A stretch of 52,545 bases of DNA, taken from NCBI GenBank assembly GCA_025358705.1, contig JANYII010000229.1, forward strand, positions 1 through 52,545, given 5' to 3'. Shown piece by piece: positions 26,460 through 37,012 of this stretch. Numbering within the stretch: the stretch's first letter is position 1; every line of letters begins with the position of its first letter. A model generated the notes under the pieces. The model was not told the DNA's origin, did not search any database, and was given only the letters and a program-made list of their open reading frames with translations. The DNA comes from Betaproteobacteria bacterium. GTDB lineage: Bacteria > Pseudomonadota > Gammaproteobacteria > Burkholderiales > SG8-39. Both the position numbers and the translations under genes were made by a program.

Positions 26460-26954
26460 ATGAAATTCGATCTGAGATTCATCGCGGCATCCACCGCGAT
26501 TTCCATCGCCGCACTCGGCGCCGGCAGTCATGCACTGGCGCAGCAGAAGGCGCAGAAAAAGGGCGAATTCGCCACCAAGGAAGAAGCGCAGACGATGGTT
26601 AAGAAAGGCATTGCCTTCATCAAGAAGGAAGGCAAGGACAAAGGCTATGCCGAAATCACGAACAAGAAGGGGCAGTTCAACGACCGCGACCTGTACCTGG
26701 TGGTGTACGGCCTGGACGGCGTGGTGCGCGCGCACGGGGCGAACGAGAAGATGGTCTCGCAGAACCTCATGGACCTGAAGGACGTGGACGGCAAGGCGTT
26801 CGTCAAGGAACGGGTCGAACTCGCCCACAGCAAGGGAACGTTCTGGCAGGAATACAAATTCACCAACCCGATATCCAAGAAGATCGAGCCCAAGCTGGCG
26901 TATTGCGAGAAACTCGAAGACACCGCGGTCTGCGGTGGCGTCTACAAGCACTGA
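26460..26954 (+). CDS. Free-standing periplasmic single-Cache (sCache_2-like) domain protein
   Basis: 164 aa with RBS GGGAGG. Signal peptide MKFDLRFIAASTAISIAALGAGSHALA. DRDLYLVVYGLDGVVRAHGANEKMVSQNLMDLKDVDGKAFVKE...GTFWQEYKFTNPISKKIEPKLAYC...CGGVYK is the characteristic Cache_2 pattern. No TM segment or output domain. Confidence 0.75.
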   Translation: MKFDLRFIAASTAISIAALGAGSHALAQQKAQKKGEFATKEEAQTMVKKGIAFIKKEGKDKGYAEITNKKGQFNDRDLYLVVYGLDGVVRAHGANEKMVSQNLMDLKDVDGKAFVKERVELAHSKGTFWQEYKFTNPISKKIEPKLAYCEKLEDTAVCGGVYKH

Positions 26955-26960
26955 GTCGTC

Positions 26961-28598
26961 ATGAAACTGTCCGGCAAGCTCATGATCGCGCCCCTGGTCG
27001 CGATCGGATTTCTCGTCGCGCTGGCAATGGCGGGCTTCTACGCGCTCACGCTGCAGCAGCGGGCGGCGGACAATTTCTACCAGGGGATTTTCTCGCGCTA
27101 CCAGGCCGCGGTGCAGACCGAGACCGCGGTCGGCAAGGTGCATGCGGGAATCTATCGCCTGCTGAACCTCTCGGATGCCATCGGCGCGGAGCGGACCGCC
27201 CAGGAAGCCGCGGCCTACAAGCAGCAGCTGACCATGGCGCAGAATTCGTTCAGGAAGCTCACCGGCCGGACTGAAGAGGAGCAAAAGCAGGTCCAGGCCG
27301 CGGGCGCCAAGCTCGCCGAGTACATCAAGGCGGCCGACCTTGCGATCAGGCTGGGCTCGGTCGACGTCAATACCGGCACGGCGGCGATGCAGACGGCCGA
27401 CCAGGCGTTCGTCGAGATGGCCAAGATCCTCGCCGCCGTCGTCGAGGCGGAGCGCCACACGGCGGAGGAGATCTTCGAAAGCACCCGCAGTTCGTACCAG
27501 ACCGCATGGATCACGATGCTGGCCCTCGCCATCGCGGCCGTGGTCGTCAGCCTGCTTGCCGCGACGATCCAGTCGCGCAGCATCGTCTCGCGCCTGCGCA
27601 TGGCGATGGCTTCCGCCGAGGCGCTCGCACGGGGCGATCTCACGCACCGCGTAGCGGCTGATTCCAGGGACGAGGTCGGCCAGACGCTTGCGGCGCTCGC
27701 GAATTCAACCGAGCAGCTTGCGAAACTCGTCGGCACGGTGCGCCACATCACGGAGTCGGTTGCAGGGGCTTCGGGCGAAATCGCGCGCGGCAACCAGAAC
27801 CTTTCCGAACGCACGGAAGAACAGGCTTCGAGCCTCGAGCAGACCGCCGCGTCGCTGGAGGAACTGACCACGACGGTGCGGCAGAACGTGGATAGCGCGC
27901 GCCAGGCGACCCAGCTGGCGTCCGCCGCCTCGGGCGCCGCGGGCAAGGGCGGCCAGGTGGTGGGCAGGGTCGTCGAGACGATGGATGGCATCACCGGCTC
28001 TTCGAAGAAAATATCGGAGATCATCGCGGTGATCGACGGCATCGCATTCCAGACGAACATCCTGGCGCTGAATGCTGCCGTGGAAGCCGCGCGTGCCGGC
28101 GAACAGGGGCGCGGTTTCGCCGTTGTCGCCGCCGAAGTGAGGAATCTCGCGCAGCGCAGCGCGGCGGCCGCCAAGGAGATCAAGAACCTGATCGAGGAAT
28201 CGGTGCAGCGCATCGAATCGGGCTCGCTGCTGGTCGCCGAAGCGGGCGCCACGATGCGGGAGATCGTCGGCGCGGTCAGGCAGGTGACTGAAATCGTCGG
28301 CACGATCGCCGTCGCGTCGCAGGAACAGAGCGGCGGCATCGACCAGGTAAACCAGGCCATGTCGCAGATCGACGGCGTTACGCAGCAAAACGCGGCGCTC
28401 GTCGAGGAGGCGGCCGCCGCGGCCGCGAGCCTCCAGGATCAGGCATCGCAACTGACCTCGGCAGTGGTCGCGTTCAAGATTGACGATGACCGTGCCGCGC
28501 CCGGGTCGGAGACCGTGGCGGAAGTCATTCCCACGGTGGACACGCAAATCGAACACCGGCCGGCGGCAAGGCGCACTCGCCTCGCCCGCCCGGCGTAG
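26961..28598 (+). CDS. Methyl-accepting chemotaxis protein (two TM segments, helical periplasmic sensor, HAMP)
   Basis: 545 aa, starting 6 nt after the Cache gene stop. Signalling hairpin [40 protein letters not shown]. No C-terminal xWxxF pentapeptide. Confidence 0.92.
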   Translation: MKLSGKLMIAPLVAIGFLVALAMAGFYALTLQQRAADNFYQGIFSRYQAAVQTETAVGKVHAGIYRLLNLSDAIGAERTAQEAAAYKQQLTMAQNSFRKLTGRTEEEQKQVQAAGAKLAEYIKAADLAIRLGSVDVNTGTAAMQTADQAFVEMAKILAAVVEAERHTAEEIFESTRSSYQTAWITMLALAIAAVVVSLLAATIQSRSIVSRLRMAMASAEALARGDLTHRVAADSRDEVGQTLAALANSTEQLAKLVGTVRHITESVAGASGEIARGNQNLSERTEEQASSLEQTAASLEELTTTVRQNVDSARQATQLASAASGAAGKGGQVVGRVVETMDGITGSSKKISEIIAVIDGIAFQTNILALNAAVEAARAGEQGRGFAVVAAEVRNLAQRSAAAAKEIKNLIEESVQRIESGSLLVAEAGATMREIVGAVRQVTEIVGTIAVASQEQSGGIDQVNQAMSQIDGVTQQNAALVEEAAAAAASLQDQASQLTSAVVAFKIDDDRAAPGSETVAEVIPTVDTQIEHRPAARRTRLARPA

Positions 28599-28603
28599 CC
28601 GCC

Positions 28604-29431
28604 CTACTCGCGCAGGCGCGCCGGCACCACCGCCGCCTTGAGGCGGTTGTCGATGGACGCCACTCCCTTGAGCCGCGCAACCACGTCGGCGCAGATCTTG
28701 ATTTGATCCGCGCGATCGACGCCGCCTTCGAGCGTCACGCGCCCGTTCTCCGCAGTGACCCGCAACTTGCAATGCGACGTGCTCGATTCCGTGCGCAGCG
28801 CCGCCCGCACCCGGTGCACCAGCGCCGTATCGCGCAACTGCACGCGCGACGCTTCGGTCTCGGCGAACCGCTGGGACCTGGCCAGCCTCACGATCTCGTC
28901 GACGCACTCCACCACCGACAACCGGTCGGTGTTCAGGCACATGTCGTACTCGTCGATGTCGCGGCTGCCGATGTGGAAATGCCGGCGCATCACCACGCCG
29001 GAGGCCTCGTCGTTCTGGTCGACGATACGCTCGACCTCCCGCTCGTCGACGGACCCGAGGCGCTCCATCATGCGCTTGACGCGCAGCGAACGTGACGCGG
29101 ACACGCACACCCGCACCGCGTGCGGCACCTCTTTCAGCAGCGAGGTCGCGCCCCAGCCACGCAGGACGATGCCGTCCTGCGACTCGGCGAGCGACAGGAT
29201 CTCGTCAGCGGTGAGCAGGCGCAGCATGAGCTGGTCGGTGGTCAGGCGCTCGATCAGGCCCTGCTTGCCCTCTAGAAAGCTGATGACATGGCTCTTGCGG
29301 ATGCGCGTGCGGTTGGCAAGCGTATCGATCATCTCGTGGTGTTGTACCTTGATGCCAAGCGACTCGGCGACGCCTTGCGCGACGTCCTTGCCGAGCGACC
29401 CTATTTCCCGATTCATTGCAATCAGCGGCAT
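28604..29431 (-). CDS. Cytidylate-kinase-like family (Cytidylate_kin2-type) protein with a C-terminal BON domain
   Basis: Track ORF 28604..29884 trimmed to ATG 29431 (GGGGGAA upstream). N-terminus MPLIAMNREIGSLGKDVAQGVAESLGIKV... resembles the Cytidylate_kin2 N-terminus. C-terminus LRVTAENGRVTLEGGVDRADQIKICADVVARLKGVASIDNRLK fits BON. Confidence 0.6.
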   Translation of the reverse strand: MPLIAMNREIGSLGKDVAQGVAESLGIKVQHHEMIDTLANRTRIRKSHVISFLEGKQGLIERLTTDQLMLRLLTADEILSLAESQDGIVLRGWGATSLLKEVPHAVRVCVSASRSLRVKRMMERLGSVDEREVERIVDQNDEASGVVMRRHFHIGSRDIDEYDMCLNTDRLSVVECVDEIVRLARSQRFAETEASRVQLRDTALVHRVRAALRTESSTSHCKLRVTAENGRVTLEGGVDRADQIKICADVVARLKGVASIDNRLKAAVVPARLRE

Positions 29432-29526
29432 GACTGTTGTTCCCCCTGCCGCTATTCTAGCTTCGCCGCTTCCGCCGATCGCGTGTTTGCAAATCCTTGC
29501 AATATGCTTGCGTCCCGGCCGCCGCA

Positions 29527-30933
29527 CTAAACCCGGTAGCCGATGCGCAAGCCACCCCAGTGGCGGCCGTTGACGTAGATCGGCGCCGACGCGTCCTTCA
29601 TCATTACGAACACGCCGCCTCCCATGTCGCGCCGGTAGGTCTGGAGGAGGAACGCCTGTGTATTCTGGCCCGCGCCGAGGCCGGTGCGGTCGTTGAACAT
29701 CCGCCTGTTGCGGCAATTCGCGGTGTTCCAAACCGGATCCGCGCCCTGCGGCTGGGAGAACTTGAGATTGTGGGTGGGCAGGTAGCCGTTGACGTCGACG
29801 GCGGCGGAGAACGCCACCCTCGGGTCGAGGTCCAGCATGGGTTCCTGGATCGTGGGCAGCACGCGATCGGTCACGGGCAGGCACCGCGAGAGCATTTGCC
29901 GGGGGTTGGTACCGGGCACCGGCACGTAGTCCGAGTCGAACAGGTCGGCCTCGGAGATCTCGCCGCTGGAGATTGCGGCCTCGAACAGCTTTCCGGCGCG
30001 CGCCGCGCCCTCCTGCACCGCGCGGATGAAGCGCGTGTCCGCGGACTCCGCGCCGGTCGCCGCGATCAGCTGGATCACCGTCTCGGACGCCGACAGCAGG
30101 TTGCCGATCCGCACCCTGGCCTGGTCGAAGTTATCGCTCGATTGCGCGACCCCGACGGCCAGCTCGTCCACCCGCTCCGCCAACGCCGCGCACTGCGTCT
30201 CGATGGCCTCCGTGGATTCCGCGATCCGGCCCACTTCGTTGTCGAACGACGACATCGCGCGGCCCGCGGTATCGATCACCGCGCCGATCGCCTGCGTGCC
30301 CGCCCGCACGCGCTCGGCCCGCCGCATGTTGGTGGCGCTTTCAGCCACCACGACATCCGCGCTCGCGGTGAGGCGCACCATGGATTCCTCGATCTTGCTC
30401 GTCGCATCGGCCGTCATTCCCGCCAGATTCTTCACCTCGGAGGCGACCACGGCGAAACTGCGCCCCGCGACGCCGGCACGCGCCGCTTCGATCGCCGCAT
30501 TCAGCGCGAGCAGGTGCGACTGGCGCGCTATGCGCGCAATGCCGCCGGTCACCTCGGCGACATGGGAAAGCGTCTGGCGCAGGCTCACGATCTCGCGCTC
30601 GATCGCGGCGACTCCTTCCACCATGCTGCGGATTTCCTTGAGCGAAACTTCAACGGTTTCGCGCGAAGCGGAGACCTCCGCGCCGGCGCGCCGCGACACC
30701 TCGCGCGCCTCCCGCGCGGCGACCGCGATGCCATGGTTGCCGCTCGTGGTCGCGGCCGATGCCTGCCGCAGGTCGCCGCAGACTTCTGCCTGGCGCTTGA
30801 ATCGCGCCGTCACCTCCTCGACGTGACCCGCGACATCGCAGATCTCGATGCCCAGCTTGCCGGCCTCGTCGGCAATCTTGCCGATGACCTCAACATTGCT
30901 TCCGGATCGTCCCCATCTCCAGAGCTTCATCAT
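29527..30933 (-). CDS. Soluble, inverted-architecture MCP: N-terminal MCP signalling domain plus an uncharacterised ~190-aa C-terminal domain
   Basis: 468 aa with a very strong RBS (GGAGGAGGAAAGG). No TM segment. Hairpin [33 protein letters not shown] at residues ~140-175. C-terminal region ...[40 protein letters not shown]...YRRDMGGG...[16 protein letters not shown]. Confidence 0.8.
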   Translation of the reverse strand: MMKLWRWGRSGSNVEVIGKIADEAGKLGIEICDVAGHVEEVTARFKRQAEVCGDLRQASAATTSGNHGIAVAAREAREVSRRAGAEVSASRETVEVSLKEIRSMVEGVAAIEREIVSLRQTLSHVAEVTGGIARIARQSHLLALNAAIEAARAGVAGRSFAVVASEVKNLAGMTADATSKIEESMVRLTASADVVVAESATNMRRAERVRAGTQAIGAVIDTAGRAMSSFDNEVGRIAESTEAIETQCAALAERVDELAVGVAQSSDNFDQARVRIGNLLSASETVIQLIAATGAESADTRFIRAVQEGAARAGKLFEAAISSGEISEADLFDSDYVPVPGTNPRQMLSRCLPVTDRVLPTIQEPMLDLDPRVAFSAAVDVNGYLPTHNLKFSQPQGADPVWNTANCRNRRMFNDRTGLGAGQNTQAFLLQTYRRDMGGGVFVMMKDASAPIYVNGRHWGGLRIGYRV

Positions 30934-30957
30934 TGCCTTTCCTCCTCCATTGCATGC

Positions 30958-31605
30958 TCATTTCCCCGGCAGGCGGCCTAGAATCTGCCGCAGGGTCGCG
31001 CGCAGGCTTTCGACCGCGACCGGCTTGCTCAGGTAGCCGTTGGCGCCCAGGGACAGGCCGCGCATCACGTCCGACATCTCGGCCCGCGAGGTCACCATCA
31101 GGACTGGAATCGCGCGCATTTCCGGATGCTTGCGGATGCGCGTCAGAATCTGCAACCCGCTGACGTTCGGCAACTCGATGTCCAGCAGGATCATGTCCGG
31201 CAGGCCATGCTGCTTCAGCAGCGCGCCCAGGCCCGCGGCATCGAACGCGCCGTACGCCTCGAATCCGTCCGTGGTGAGCACCTTCTTGAGCACCGCATTG
31301 GTGACCGGCTCGTCCTCGACGAACATGACCTTGTTGCCGGCGGCATCGGCCGCTCCGGGGCTGCGCCGCGCAACCGCGACGTAGAAACCTTCGGCCTCGA
31401 GCTTCGAGGTGCCGATCCTGAACTCCGGATCGAGCACCACTTTTTCGGGCGCCTGATTCTTCACCGCGGCGGCCGTCGCCGAGGCGGCAGGCGCCTTCGC
31501 GGCCGGCTGTTCCCTAGCCGCCGGCGGGAGCTTCTCGGACTGCACCGCGGCATTGGCGAAATGCACCGTGAAATCCAGGTCGAATTCGTCGCTGGCGGCT
31601 CCCAT
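30958..31605 (-). CDS. Response regulator: C-terminal REC domain with a ~90-aa Ala/Pro-rich N-terminal extension
   Basis: 215 aa. REC: KVMFVEDEPVTNAVL...MILLDIELPNVSG...VLMVTSR...GANGYLSKP. Confidence 0.85.
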   Translation of the reverse strand: MGAASDEFDLDFTVHFANAAVQSEKLPPAAREQPAAKAPAASATAAAVKNQAPEKVVLDPEFRIGTSKLEAEGFYVAVARRSPGAADAAGNKVMFVEDEPVTNAVLKKVLTTDGFEAYGAFDAAGLGALLKQHGLPDMILLDIELPNVSGLQILTRIRKHPEMRAIPVLMVTSRAEMSDVMRGLSLGANGYLSKPVAVESLRATLRQILGRLPGK

Positions 31606-31616
31606 GGCAGGCTCCG

Positions 31617-32720
31617 TCAGCCGCGCGACAATTCGACCAGCCGCGCGCTTATTTCGCGCAGTGGCAGTATGTCGTGCACCGCACCCGCGGCGATGGCCTG
31701 CTTCGGCATGCCAAATACGACGCAGCTCGCTTCATCCTGGGCGATGTTGTGCGCGCCCCTCTGGCGCAACTCGAGCATCGCCTGCGCGCCGTCGGCCCCC
31801 ATGCCCGACAGCATCACGCCGATGCATTTGCCGCCGGCAGTCTGGGCAGCGGAGCGAAATAGCGGATCCACGGACGGCCGATGGCGATTGACCGGAGGGC
31901 CATCCGAAAGGCGGATGGTAAGGCGGCCCTGCTTGCGCTCGACCAGCAGGTGCCAGTCGCCGGGTGCGATGTAGGCGCTGCCGCTGGCCAGAAACTCGCC
32001 ATCGTCCGCTTCCTTCACGTGAATGCGGCATTGGGTATCGAGGCGCTGCGCGAAGGTGCGCGTAAAACCGCCCGGCATGTGCTGCGCGATCAGGATCGGC
32101 GGCATGTCCTCCGGCAGCGGCATCAGCACTTCGCGCAACGCTTCGACGCCGCCCGTCGAGGCGCCGATCACGATGGTCTTGTCGCTGGCCGTTCCCACGC
32201 TGCGCGCAAGCGGCGGCGGGGCCGCGCCTCTCGCGATGGATGGCAACGCCGCACCGCGGGGCGGCAGCGTCCGGTCGCCGACGGGCGTGCGCGCGACCCG
32301 GCGCGTCACCCGCGCGGCCGCCGCGGCGCGCACCTTCTCGGCGACCTCCTCCGTATAGGCGGCCAGGCTCTCGGCATCGCCGGCAACCGGCTTGGCGACG
32401 AAATCCACGGCGCCCAGCTCCAGCGCCCGCATCGTCACTTCCGCGCCGCGCGCGGTCAGCGACGACACCATGACGACAGGCAGCGGCCGGATGCGCATCA
32501 GTTTTTCGAGGAACTGCAGCCCATCCATGCGCGGCATCTCGACATCGAGCGTCAGCACGTCCGGCGTGGAAGCCTTGAGCCGCTCGATCGCGGCGATCGG
32601 GTCGCTCGCGACCGCGATCACGGTCATGTCCGGCTGCGAATTGATGGCGCGGCTCAGCAGGCCTCGGACCACCGCCGAGTCGTCGACCACGAGGACGCGG
32701 ATCTTGCCGGCGCCGTTCAT
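31617..32720 (-). CDS. cheB: Chemotaxis response regulator protein-glutamate methylesterase
   Basis: 367 aa. REC ([13 protein letters not shown]...[12 protein letters not shown]) plus a methylesterase domain ([23 protein letters not shown]). Confidence 0.93.
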   Translation of the reverse strand: MNGAGKIRVLVVDDSAVVRGLLSRAINSQPDMTVIAVASDPIAAIERLKASTPDVLTLDVEMPRMDGLQFLEKLMRIRPLPVVMVSSLTARGAEVTMRALELGAVDFVAKPVAGDAESLAAYTEEVAEKVRAAAAARVTRRVARTPVGDRTLPPRGAALPSIARGAAPPPLARSVGTASDKTIVIGASTGGVEALREVLMPLPEDMPPILIAQHMPGGFTRTFAQRLDTQCRIHVKEADDGEFLASGSAYIAPGDWHLLVERKQGRLTIRLSDGPPVNRHRPSVDPLFRSAAQTAGGKCIGVMLSGMGADGAQAMLELRQRGAHNIAQDEASCVVFGMPKQAIAAGAVHDILPLREISARLVELSRG

Positions 32721-33328
32721 TTCCGGCCCTTCGAGAAAAGCTCGAAATCCCCCGACGCGGTGACCTGGTTCATGCGCTCGAGGTAGTTGTGCTCGCGTTG
32801 TCCAACGGTGTCGTTGCTCAACGAGCGCAGCTTCTTCACCAGCACCTTGCCGGTCCTGGGGAAGAAATAGACCTTGCGCGGCCAGACATCGTAGAGGTCC
32901 CTGGCAACGACCGGGATGCGTTCCTCGCGCAGGAAATCGAGCACGAACTCGCCGTTCTGGTCGCCGACGTTCAGCGTGTCCAGCCCGTCGAGAACCTTGC
33001 CTCCGCCGAACACCTTTGCGACCAGCTTGGCGCGCGCGGCGCCGAGCTTGACCACCTGGTTGATGAGCAGTTCCATCGCGTACACGCCGAGCCGGGCCGA
33101 CACCGACGCCACGTCATTCACCGCGCGCGACTTCCCCGGCAGCATGAAATGATTCATGCCGCCGACGCACGCCGAGGCGTCCCAGAGGCAGGCGGAGACG
33201 CAGGAACCGAGCACGGTCACGATCATCACGTCGCGCCGCGCGGCGTAGCACTGCCCCGGCAGGATCTTGATCGCTTCGAGTTGGAAGCGCGTGTCGAAAT
33301 AGCGGGCGAGGACCGGCGCGTCGGTCAT
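32717..33328 (-). CDS. cheD: Chemoreceptor glutamine deamidase
   Basis: 203 aa. [14 protein letters not shown]...[10 protein letters not shown] motif. 4-nt overlap with cheB. Confidence 0.9.
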   Translation of the reverse strand: MTDAPVLARYFDTRFQLEAIKILPGQCYAARRDVMIVTVLGSCVSACLWDASACVGGMNHFMLPGKSRAVNDVASVSARLGVYAMELLINQVVKLGAARAKLVAKVFGGGKVLDGLDTLNVGDQNGEFVLDFLREERIPVVARDLYDVWPRKVYFFPRTGKVLVKKLRSLSNDTVGQREHNYLERMNQVTASGDFELFSKGRK

Positions 33329-33340
33329 CGCGTCAGGTTT

Positions 33341-34204
33341 CTACGGGGCGCGCGGCGAGTCGACGGCACGCCGTTCATAGGACGTCTTGCCGCAGTTGCG
33401 CAGCGCCGCGTGCCCAGTGGCGTAACTCTCGGAATGGCCGACGAACAACAATCCGCCTGGCCGCAGCACATCGATGAACCGGTCGAGGACCTGGCGCTGC
33501 GATTCCTTGGAGAAATAAATCATCACGTTGCGGCAAAAGATCACGTCGAAGCGCTCGCCCGAGGGCCAATCGTTTCCCTGCAGGTTGCATGGCGAAAATC
33601 TTACCATCGCCTGCAGTTCCGGCCGGACCATGATGCGCCCCTCGTTCGGCCCGACGCCCTTCAGAAAAAATCGCCGCAGGCGCTCCGGATTCATGTTGTC
33701 GACCGCCTCGAGCGCGTAGGATCCGCGCCGCGCGCGGCTCAATACCTCGGTGTCGATATCGGTGGCGATGATTTCCGCCGGGCATTCCACCTCGCGTAGC
33801 GCGATCGCCGCTGAATAGGGCTCTTCGCCGGTAGAACAGGCGCTGCTCCAGACCCGCAGCCGTCCGCCGCCCGGCGCGCTGCGGCGGCGCGCCGCCGCGT
33901 AGGTGGCCAGCATCTCGAAGTGATGGCCTTCGCGGAAAAAAGACGTCAGGTTGGTCGTCAGCGCATTGACGAACTGCCCGCGCTCCACGCCGTCCGGCTG
34001 CTCGACCAGGTCAAGGTACTCGCCGAAATTGCCGATCCCGGTGCTGCGCAGGCGCCGAGCCAGGCGGTTGTAGACCATGTTCTCCTTGTGCTCCGCAAGC
34101 GCAATGCCCGCGAGCTTCGCGATCAGTTCACGCACGCGCCGGAAGTCACCCGGAGAGAAGGGATATTCCCGCTGCGCGCTGAACGCGTTCGCCGCAGATT
34201 TCAT
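33341..34204 (-). CDS. cheR: Chemotaxis protein methyltransferase
   Basis: Track ORF 33341..34222 (GTG start). I prefer the ATG at 34204 (MKSAANAF...). MVYNRLARRLR, TSFFRE, VWSSACSTGEEPYS, IFCRNVMIYF are CheR motifs. Confidence 0.92.
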   Translation of the reverse strand: MKSAANAFSAQREYPFSPGDFRRVRELIAKLAGIALAEHKENMVYNRLARRLRSTGIGNFGEYLDLVEQPDGVERGQFVNALTTNLTSFFREGHHFEMLATYAAARRRSAPGGGRLRVWSSACSTGEEPYSAAIALREVECPAEIIATDIDTEVLSRARRGSYALEAVDNMNPERLRRFFLKGVGPNEGRIMVRPELQAMVRFSPCNLQGNDWPSGERFDVIFCRNVMIYFSKESQRQVLDRFIDVLRPGGLLFVGHSESYATGHAALRNCGKTSYERRAVDSPRAP

Positions 34205-34247
34205 GGATTTTTTCTCAGGCACGGTACTGGATGAAGCGTGAAGAAGG

Positions 34248-35852
34248 CTAAAACTCCTCCCAGCCCTCTTCGCCGGCCTTGCCGGCCTTGCCCTCGCTGC
34301 GCTTCTCTTCCCGCCCGCGCGGCAGCTCGGCCACCGGCGCCTTCGCCTCCTGCCGGGCCAGTGCGGTCGCCTTCGGTTTCTTCTGCGCAGCCGCGGTTGC
34401 CTGCACCGCCGCCGGCGCCGCCGCCCTCCCCGCCTCGGCCAGCTTGAAGCTGCCCACCGCGCGCGTCAGCGTCGTCGCCTGCTCCTCCAGCGACGCCGAG
34501 GCCGCCGTCGCCTCCTCCACCATCGCCGCGTTCTGCTGCGTCACCTTCTCCAGCTGCTGCACCGTGTCGCTCACCTGCGTCAGGCTCTGCGACTGCTCCT
34601 GCGAAGCCGCCGAAATCTCCGCAATCAGCCCGTTCACCCGTTTCACCGACTCCACGATCTCGACCATCGTCTTGCCCGCCTCCGCCACCTGCTTCGACCC
34701 GGCGTCGATGCGCCCTACCGAGTCCGAGATCAGCTGCCGGATTTCCTTCGCCGCCGCCGCCGAGCGCTGTGCCAGGCTCCTCACCTCCGAGGCCACCACC
34801 GCAAACCCCCGCCCCTGCTCCCCCGCCCTCGCCGCCTCCACCGCCGCGTTCAACGCCAATATGTTCGTCTGGAACGCAATCCCGTCGATCACCCCGATGA
34901 TGTCGGCGATCTTCTTCGACGACGCCGAGATCCCCGACATCGTGCTCACCACCGCCCCCACCGCGTCGCCCCCGCGTGCCGCCACGTCCGAGGCCGCCGA
35001 AGCGTGCTGGCTCGCCTTTTTCGCGTTCTCCGCGTTCTGCGACACCGTCGCGGTCATCTCCTCCATCGAGGCCGCCGTCTGCTCCAGGCTCGAGGCCTGC
35101 TCCTCCGTCCGGCTCGACAGGTCCGCGTGGCCTTGCGCAATCTCCGCGCTGGACACCTGGATCGATCCGGCAGCCTCGCGGATGTTTCCCACGATCGGCC
35201 GCAGTTGCTGCTGCATGCGCGCCAGCGCCGACATCAGGCTGGTTGAATCTCCGGCGGCAATCCTCGCGTTGCGGGTGAGGTCGCCCGAGGCAATGCCGTC
35301 GGCGAACCCGACCGCTTCTTCCGGTTCGGCGCCGATCGTCTTCATCACCTGCCGCGCCGACCACAGCAGCATGCCGGCGACCACCGCCAGAACGGCCAGC
35401 ATGCCTCCGCCGATCGCGGACAACACCAGGTCGCGCGCCACCATTGCGCCGTGGTCCCGGAATCCCGCCTTGAGACGGCCTACGGTCTTGCCGGAGGCAT
35501 CCTTCATCTCGCGTTCCACCAGCAGCAGACCCGAAACATCCGCCGGCGTCTTCGCCACATCGGAAGTCAGCGACTTGCCATCGGCGTCAAAAAACTCGGC
35601 GAAAGCCACCTGCTTGTCGCGCGAAATTTCCTTGACGAACGTGCCGAGCGCGGTCAAGTCATAGTTGGTTACGTAGGGCGTGCCCACGTGCGCGAACATT
35701 TCCACGGTGTGCTCGGCCTGCTGCGCGAAACCCTCGCTCAAATGGCGCACGACCATGCTCGCGCCGATCGCCGCCGCCGCCACCATGACGAGGATCGACA
35801 GCGACAACGCCGGTACGAGCAGCCGCGCGCGCAGCGATTTGAACTTGAGCAT
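34248..35852 (-). CDS. Methyl-accepting chemotaxis protein ending in the GWEEF pentapeptide
   Basis: The track ORF starts at TTG 35861. An ATG at 35852 ([12 protein letters not shown]...) is more likely. Two TM segments, HAMP, hairpin [40 protein letters not shown]. The last five residues are G-W-E-E-F (34265..34251). Confidence 0.92.
   Translation of the reverse strand: MLKFKSLRARLLVPALSLSILVMVAAAAIGASMVVRHLSEGFAQQAEHTVEMFAHVGTPYVTNYDLTALGTFVKEISRDKQVAFAEFFDADGKSLTSDVAKTPADVSGLLLVEREMKDASGKTVGRLKAGFRDHGAMVARDLVLSAIGGGMLAVLAVVAGMLLWSARQVMKTIGAEPEEAVGFADGIASGDLTRNARIAAGDSTSLMSALARMQQQLRPIVGNIREAAGSIQVSSAEIAQGHADLSSRTEEQASSLEQTAASMEEMTATVSQNAENAKKASQHASAASDVAARGGDAVGAVVSTMSGISASSKKIADIIGVIDGIAFQTNILALNAAVEAARAGEQGRGFAVVASEVRSLAQRSAAAAKEIRQLISDSVGRIDAGSKQVAEAGKTMVEIVESVKRVNGLIAEISAASQEQSQSLTQVSDTVQQLEKVTQQNAAMVEEATAASASLEEQATTLTRAVGSFKLAEAGRAAAPAAVQATAAAQKKPKATALARQEAKAPVAELPRGREEKRSEGKAGKAGEEGWEEF
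34501..34580. repeat. 80-nt near-identical segment shared by two MCP paralogues (copy 1)
   Basis: 34501..34580 and 37301..37380 differ at 4 of 80 positions in a by-eye alignment. Both encode the ...[15 protein letters not shown]... C-terminal helix of the MCP signalling domain. Confidence 0.85.
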
Positions 35853-35863
35853 CTGCTTCAAGC

Positions 35864-37012
35864 TCAGAGCTTGTCGACCTGGACGGCCTTGCCGCCGCGC
35901 ACGACGGTGAGGAAGACATCCTTCGCGCCCTGGTGGCTGGTCGCGGAGAATCCGACCTTCAGGCCGCCGACGTCGGTATTGAGTCCTTCCAGGGCACCGA
36001 TGAAGCTCGCGCGCGTCAGATTGGCGCCCGCCTTCTTCAATGCTTCGACCAGCACCGCGGCGTCGACATAGCCTTCCAGCGACGAGTAATTTACCGGGCC
36101 GCCCTTCATGTCCTGGTGGAACTGCTTGACCACCGGCACCCCGCTGTCCGGCGAAGGCATCACCTGGGTGATGTAAACGCCGTCGCCGTCGGCACCCGCT
36201 TCGCGGATGAAATCGGCCGTGCCAATGAACGAGACCGTCATGAAACGCGCCTTGATGCCCTGGGCCTTGGCCTTTTTCACCACGGCGGAAAGCGACGCGT
36301 AGGTGCCGACGAAGATCACCGCATCCGGCGCCGCGGCCTTGATCTTGGCCAGCCCTTCGTCCACGTCGAGCGTGTTGCGCTTGTAGCGCGCCTCTTCCGC
36401 AACTTTCATGTCGCGCTTGTGCAACGCGCGGTTGACGCCTGCCTTGCCGGCCTCGCCGAATGCGTCATCCTGGATGAAAAGTGCGATCTTCTTGGCCCCG
36501 GCGTCCTTGGTCAGGCGCTCGACCATGACCTCGGTCTCGTCGAAGTACGACGCGCGCACGTTGAACACCCACTTGTTGACCGGGTTGCGCAGGAATTCCG
36601 CGCCGGTAAAAGGAAACAGGTACGGCACGCTGGCACGCGCCGCAAGCGGCACCGCCGCCGCCGAGGTCGGAGTGCCGACATAGCCGAACAACGCGAACAC
36701 CTTGTCCTGCTCGATCAGCGCCTTGGTCACGGCCGCGGTCTTTTCCGGCTCGTAACCGTCATCCTTGCTGACGAGGACAACCTTGCGTCCATTGACGCCG
36801 CCTGCCGCGTTGATCCGGGCCAGGTACGCATCGGCGCCTGCTTTCAGGTTGACCCCGAGACCGGACGCCGGCCCGCTCAACGCGTTTGCCATGCCGATGT
36901 GTATTTCCTTGTCGGTAACACCATCTTCGGCGAGCGCCGGCATCCCGAGCGCTGCGAGAACCACGCCAGCGCAAAGCAGGTTACGTCGTGTTCTGTTCAG
37001 GTTCTTTGTCAT
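35864..37012 (-). CDS. Periplasmic solute-binding protein, LivJ/Peripla_BP_6-like (branched-chain amino acid / amide type)
   Basis: Track ORF 35864..37060 trimmed to ATG 37012 (GGAGGATCAC-ATG). Signal peptide [28 protein letters not shown]. The mature start [25 protein letters not shown] is typical of the family. Its stop lies 11 nt before the downstream MCP ATG. Confidence 0.85.
   Translation of the reverse strand: MTKNLNRTRRNLLCAGVVLAALGMPALAEDGVTDKEIHIGMANALSGPASGLGVNLKAGADAYLARINAAGGVNGRKVVLVSKDDGYEPEKTAAVTKALIEQDKVFALFGYVGTPTSAAAVPLAARASVPYLFPFTGAEFLRNPVNKWVFNVRASYFDETEVMVERLTKDAGAKKIALFIQDDAFGEAGKAGVNRALHKRDMKVAEEARYKRNTLDVDEGLAKIKAAAPDAVIFVGTYASLSAVVKKAKAQGIKARFMTVSFIGTADFIREAGADGDGVYITQVMPSPDSGVPVVKQFHQDMKGGPVNYSSLEGYVDAAVLVEALKKAGANLTRASFIGALEGLNTDVGGLKVGFSATSHQGAKDVFLTVVRGGKAVQVDKL

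Noticed and set aside
26436-30981. Minus-strand ORFs 26436..27647, 27215..28360 and 27705..29108, and plus-strand ORF 29497..30981
   Set aside because: They are antisense to the Cache/MCP genes and to the soluble MCP/cytidylate-kinase-like genes respectively. They lack motifs, while the opposite strands carry the MCP hairpin signature.
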